DNA of 26,702 bases from Candidatus Zixiibacteriota bacterium (GTDB lineage: Bacteria > Zixibacteria > MSB-5A5 > UBA10806 > 4484-95). A program made the position numbers and the translations under genes. Within the stretch, counting starts at the first letter, position 1; each line of letters starts with the position of its first letter. The notes below the pieces were generated by a model, which worked only from the letters and a program-made list of their open reading frames with translations, searched no databases and was not told the origin of the DNA. This document shows, in pieces, positions 24,568 to 26,702 of this stretch. Location of the stretch: NCBI GenBank assembly GCA_029932605.1, contig JAOZPT010000033.1, positions 1 through 26,702 of the forward strand, given 5' to 3'.

Positions 24568-26702
24568 TTATTTTTTTGGAAGAACAGCCGGTGTTTCATC
24601 ATTGTTTTTCCCAAACGGTATTGGTGGATTAAGAGGAGGTGTCCATGGGCACCACAAAAGCTCCTCTAAATAACCTTTGAAAAATGCCACCAGATATGTA
24701 ATATCCGAGCCACTGAATTCACAATTGCCGTTGACATCACCGGAAGCATAGAGATAGGTTCCCGATGAATCATTCCAGCAGGAATCCGGTGGCGGATCGC
24801 CTAAACCTTTAAAGTAACGGACTCCATAGGTGACATCATTACCCATAACATAATCATCGTCATTGATATCACCGGGGACATAATCACATCCACTCGACTC
24901 TCCGAAATATAACTGGCTGAAGTTTTCAACAAGCGAGTAAGTTACCAAACCGAGAGTGTCACCAGCTGTGGAGCCACCGTTGGGAATATTTACACCCGGA
25001 GCAAAACATTGAACCGTATCGCCTATTAAGTCCTGGTTATTAACCGTCTTAACCACAAAAGTCATAATCCTGGTCGGAGTTTCAAAATGTAGCCAGGGGT
25101 TTGGATCACCAGCTAGGTCAGCCCAGCCTAAGAATGACTGACTTGACCAGCCCTCTGGATTGGGTGGAACTCCCTGGGGTGGTAGAAAGCTGGCATCATC
25201 CCACTCAGTAAGCGGATAATACAATTCACCCTCGGTATCGCTTAGAAGGCTATCGATATACTGGTCATCTGTTCCCAGGCAGAGATGCATATCTGCTATG
25301 TAGGCATTTTCTGGTGTCTGAATGTAAACATCGACGTATACTCTATTATTTATAAGCCCGGTTATGGGTGAGCCGTCTAAATTACCATACCAGATTGACA
25401 CAGGTGTATGGCAATAGCTAATTGTTGTTGTAGTGTCATTACTGTTGTTTAAATCACCTTCGAGAATAGTATATGAAATCAGATCATATGTTGTATCGAC
25501 TGTTGGTGTAAAGGTATCGGAGAATGTAATCGTATCTACGTCACTTGCGGGCATATTGGTAACTGTAAAAGTGTCGGAAACTTCGGTAGTTGACGAACCT
25601 GACATATAAATTTCATAGATGACATCAAAGGTTTGCGGTTCGGTTCCATAGTTTTTAATTTCGGAGACAAGGGGGTAGCTTAAACCGTTTTCCACTGTAT
25701 CCGGTGGACTGAGAATTGCCGAAACCCCGGCATCTGCTTCATAGGTCAAGCTGACGACAAATGTGCATGGTATATCCACATCCGGATTAACGGGGTCGTT
25801 GCTTTCAAGGTTGATATTGCCGGTATATGTGCCCTCGCTCAGCATTGAAGCGTCAAAAGTAATTGTAGCGTTGAAGCTGTCATGGGGATCGATTATGCCT
25901 GACGCGGGAAAGGCGGATAACCAATGCGTATAGAATGTTATAGCTAAATTGCTATGCATATAGGAAGCATTGTAGGCAACCTCAAGGCCATCGCTACCGT
26001 TTGAGTTCTCGATACCGATGGAGCATTCGTCTAACCGTCCCGGGCCCATCTCGGAGTACTGGTAGGTTATGTGTGCCGGTGCGGTCAATATAATCTGAAA
26101 AGTGAAGATACCTTCCTGGCGCCAATCGGGAACATGGTCCCAGGTTATGATGGCGGTATCAACATTGTTTGTATAGAAATAGCCAGTACCACCGTTCTCA
26201 AAATTCAAGTCGTCATAAAATATAGCCAGCATGTCGTTAGGGAGTGCAGGATCGGGGATATAGGAATTGCTCCAACTTACAGTAGAACCATCCGTAAACG
26301 ATGCCCATCCGTTGCTGCAGACATTTATCGAGGTAAATTCGTTGCCATAGAAATAGAATGAAAATCCAAAGGGAAGTGGTCCGGAATTGCCATCGTCGAT
26401 ATCAGCCCCAAAATCGATGGGTGTCCCAATCCCTGATATATCTATCCAGCTATATGTGGGGCCTCCCGGTTCATCAGAGTCGATCCACATGTGGCCGAAG
26501 TTATCCGGTCCTCCCTGGCCGGTGATGATAGGCGGGAAGTAGGGCTCCTCAATCGCACCCGCCTTGCCATAATCAGTTTTACGATAACCTAAGGGTTGGG
26601 GGCTTTGCCTGTCGTTATTACCTGAAAGGACATCAATCTCCGTAGAGAGGGTGTAATACAGGGGGCCATCACCATCGTTTGTAAGGGTGAGATTACGTTC
26701 CT
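24568..26702 (-). CDS. Large acidic extracellular-type multidomain protein (5' end outside window): Ig-like/NIDO-like/CARDB-like domains, candidate cohesin-like domain and C-terminal dockerin-like module
   Basis: The frame stays open from 26490 to the window end (ERNLTLTNDGDGPLYYTLS...GQGGPDNFGHMWID), so ATG 26490 is internal. Shares the NIDO-like and dockerin-like modules with 4418..6313. Confidence 0.85.
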   Translation of the reverse strand, partial: ERNLTLTNDGDGPLYYTLSTEIDVLSGNNDRQSPQPLGYRKTDYGKAGAIEEPYFPPIITGQGGPDNFGHMWIDSDEPGGPTYSWIDISGIGTPIDFGADIDDGNSGPLPFGFSFYFYGNEFTSINVCSNGWASFTDGSTVSWSNSYIPDPALPNDMLAIFYDDLNFENGGTGYFYTNNVDTAIITWDHVPDWRQEGIFTFQIILTAPAHITYQYSEMGPGRLDECSIGIENSNGSDGLEVAYNASYMHSNLAITFYTHWLSAFPASGIIDPHDSFNATITFDASMLSEGTYTGNINLESNDPVNPDVDIPCTFVVSLTYEADAGVSAILSPPDTVENGLSYPLVSEIKNYGTEPQTFDVIYEIYMSGSSTTEVSDTFTVTNMPASDVDTITFSDTFTPTVDTTYDLISYTILEGDLNNSNDTTTTISYCHTPVSIWYGNLDGSPITGLINNRVYVDVYIQTPENAYIADMHLCLGTDDQYIDSLLSDTEGELYYPLTEWDDASFLPPQGVPPNPEGWSSQSFLGWADLAGDPNPWLHFETPTRIMTFVVKTVNNQDLIGDTVQCFAPGVNIPNGGSTAGDTLGLVTYSLVENFSQLYFGESSGCDYVPGDINDDDYVMGNDVTYGVRYFKGLGDPPPDSCWNDSSGTYLYASGDVNGNCEFSGSDITYLVAFFKGYLEELLWCPWTPPLNPPIPFGKNNDETPAVLPKK
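24634..24888 (-). repeat. Four-Cys dockerin-like C-terminal module, copy C
   Basis: CDYVPGDINDDDYVMGNDVTYGVRYFKG..PPDSC..SGDVNGNCEFSGSDITYLVAFFKG..CPWTPP. Confidence 0.85.

Noticed and set aside
5999..24888. Repeated C-terminal modules as diversity-generating retroelement TR/VR pairs
   Set aside because: All copies are coding, their differences are not adenine-specific, and there is no reverse transcriptase in the window.
26488..26490. ATG 26490 as the start of the last gene
   Set aside because: The frame is open to the window end, homology to 4418..6313 continues upstream (PDNFG), and there is no signal peptide at this ATG.
1..26702. CRISPR array, tRNA/rRNA, integrase or transposase
   Set aside because: No regularly spaced repeats, cloverleaf motifs or recombinase motifs were seen.

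Overview
Bacterial chromosomal window of moderately low GC with no rRNA, tRNA, CRISPR array or intact mobile element. The style of its secreted proteins (Cys-flanked dockerin-like C-termini) suggests a Zixibacteria-like/FCB-associated organism (inference). The window has about 14 intact genes, two of them cut by the window ends: an S9A prolyl oligopeptidase, a SAM methyltransferase, a GT4 glycosyltransferase, an M20D amidohydrolase, a flotillin coupled to an aspartate aminotransferase fused to a PEPCK/HPr-kinase-like P-loop domain, a beta-propeller/transglutaminase-like protein, nfo, a TPR protein, a BatA/vWA protein, a degenerate HisC-like protein, an M14 carboxypeptidase, two further large acidic extracellular-type proteins and a 49-aa membrane ORF. 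Main points of interest: (i) three extracellular-type proteins share a closely similar ~85-aa four-Cys dockerin-like module, and one also has a candidate cohesin-like domain, hinting at a cellulosome-like peptide-degrading surface complex; (ii) the AspAT-P-loop fusion with a Cys cluster; (iii) several apparent pseudo-enzymes; (iv) repeated leaderless promoter geometry, including an unannotated small membrane protein; (v) a patch of gene debris and a degenerate palindromic repeat element.
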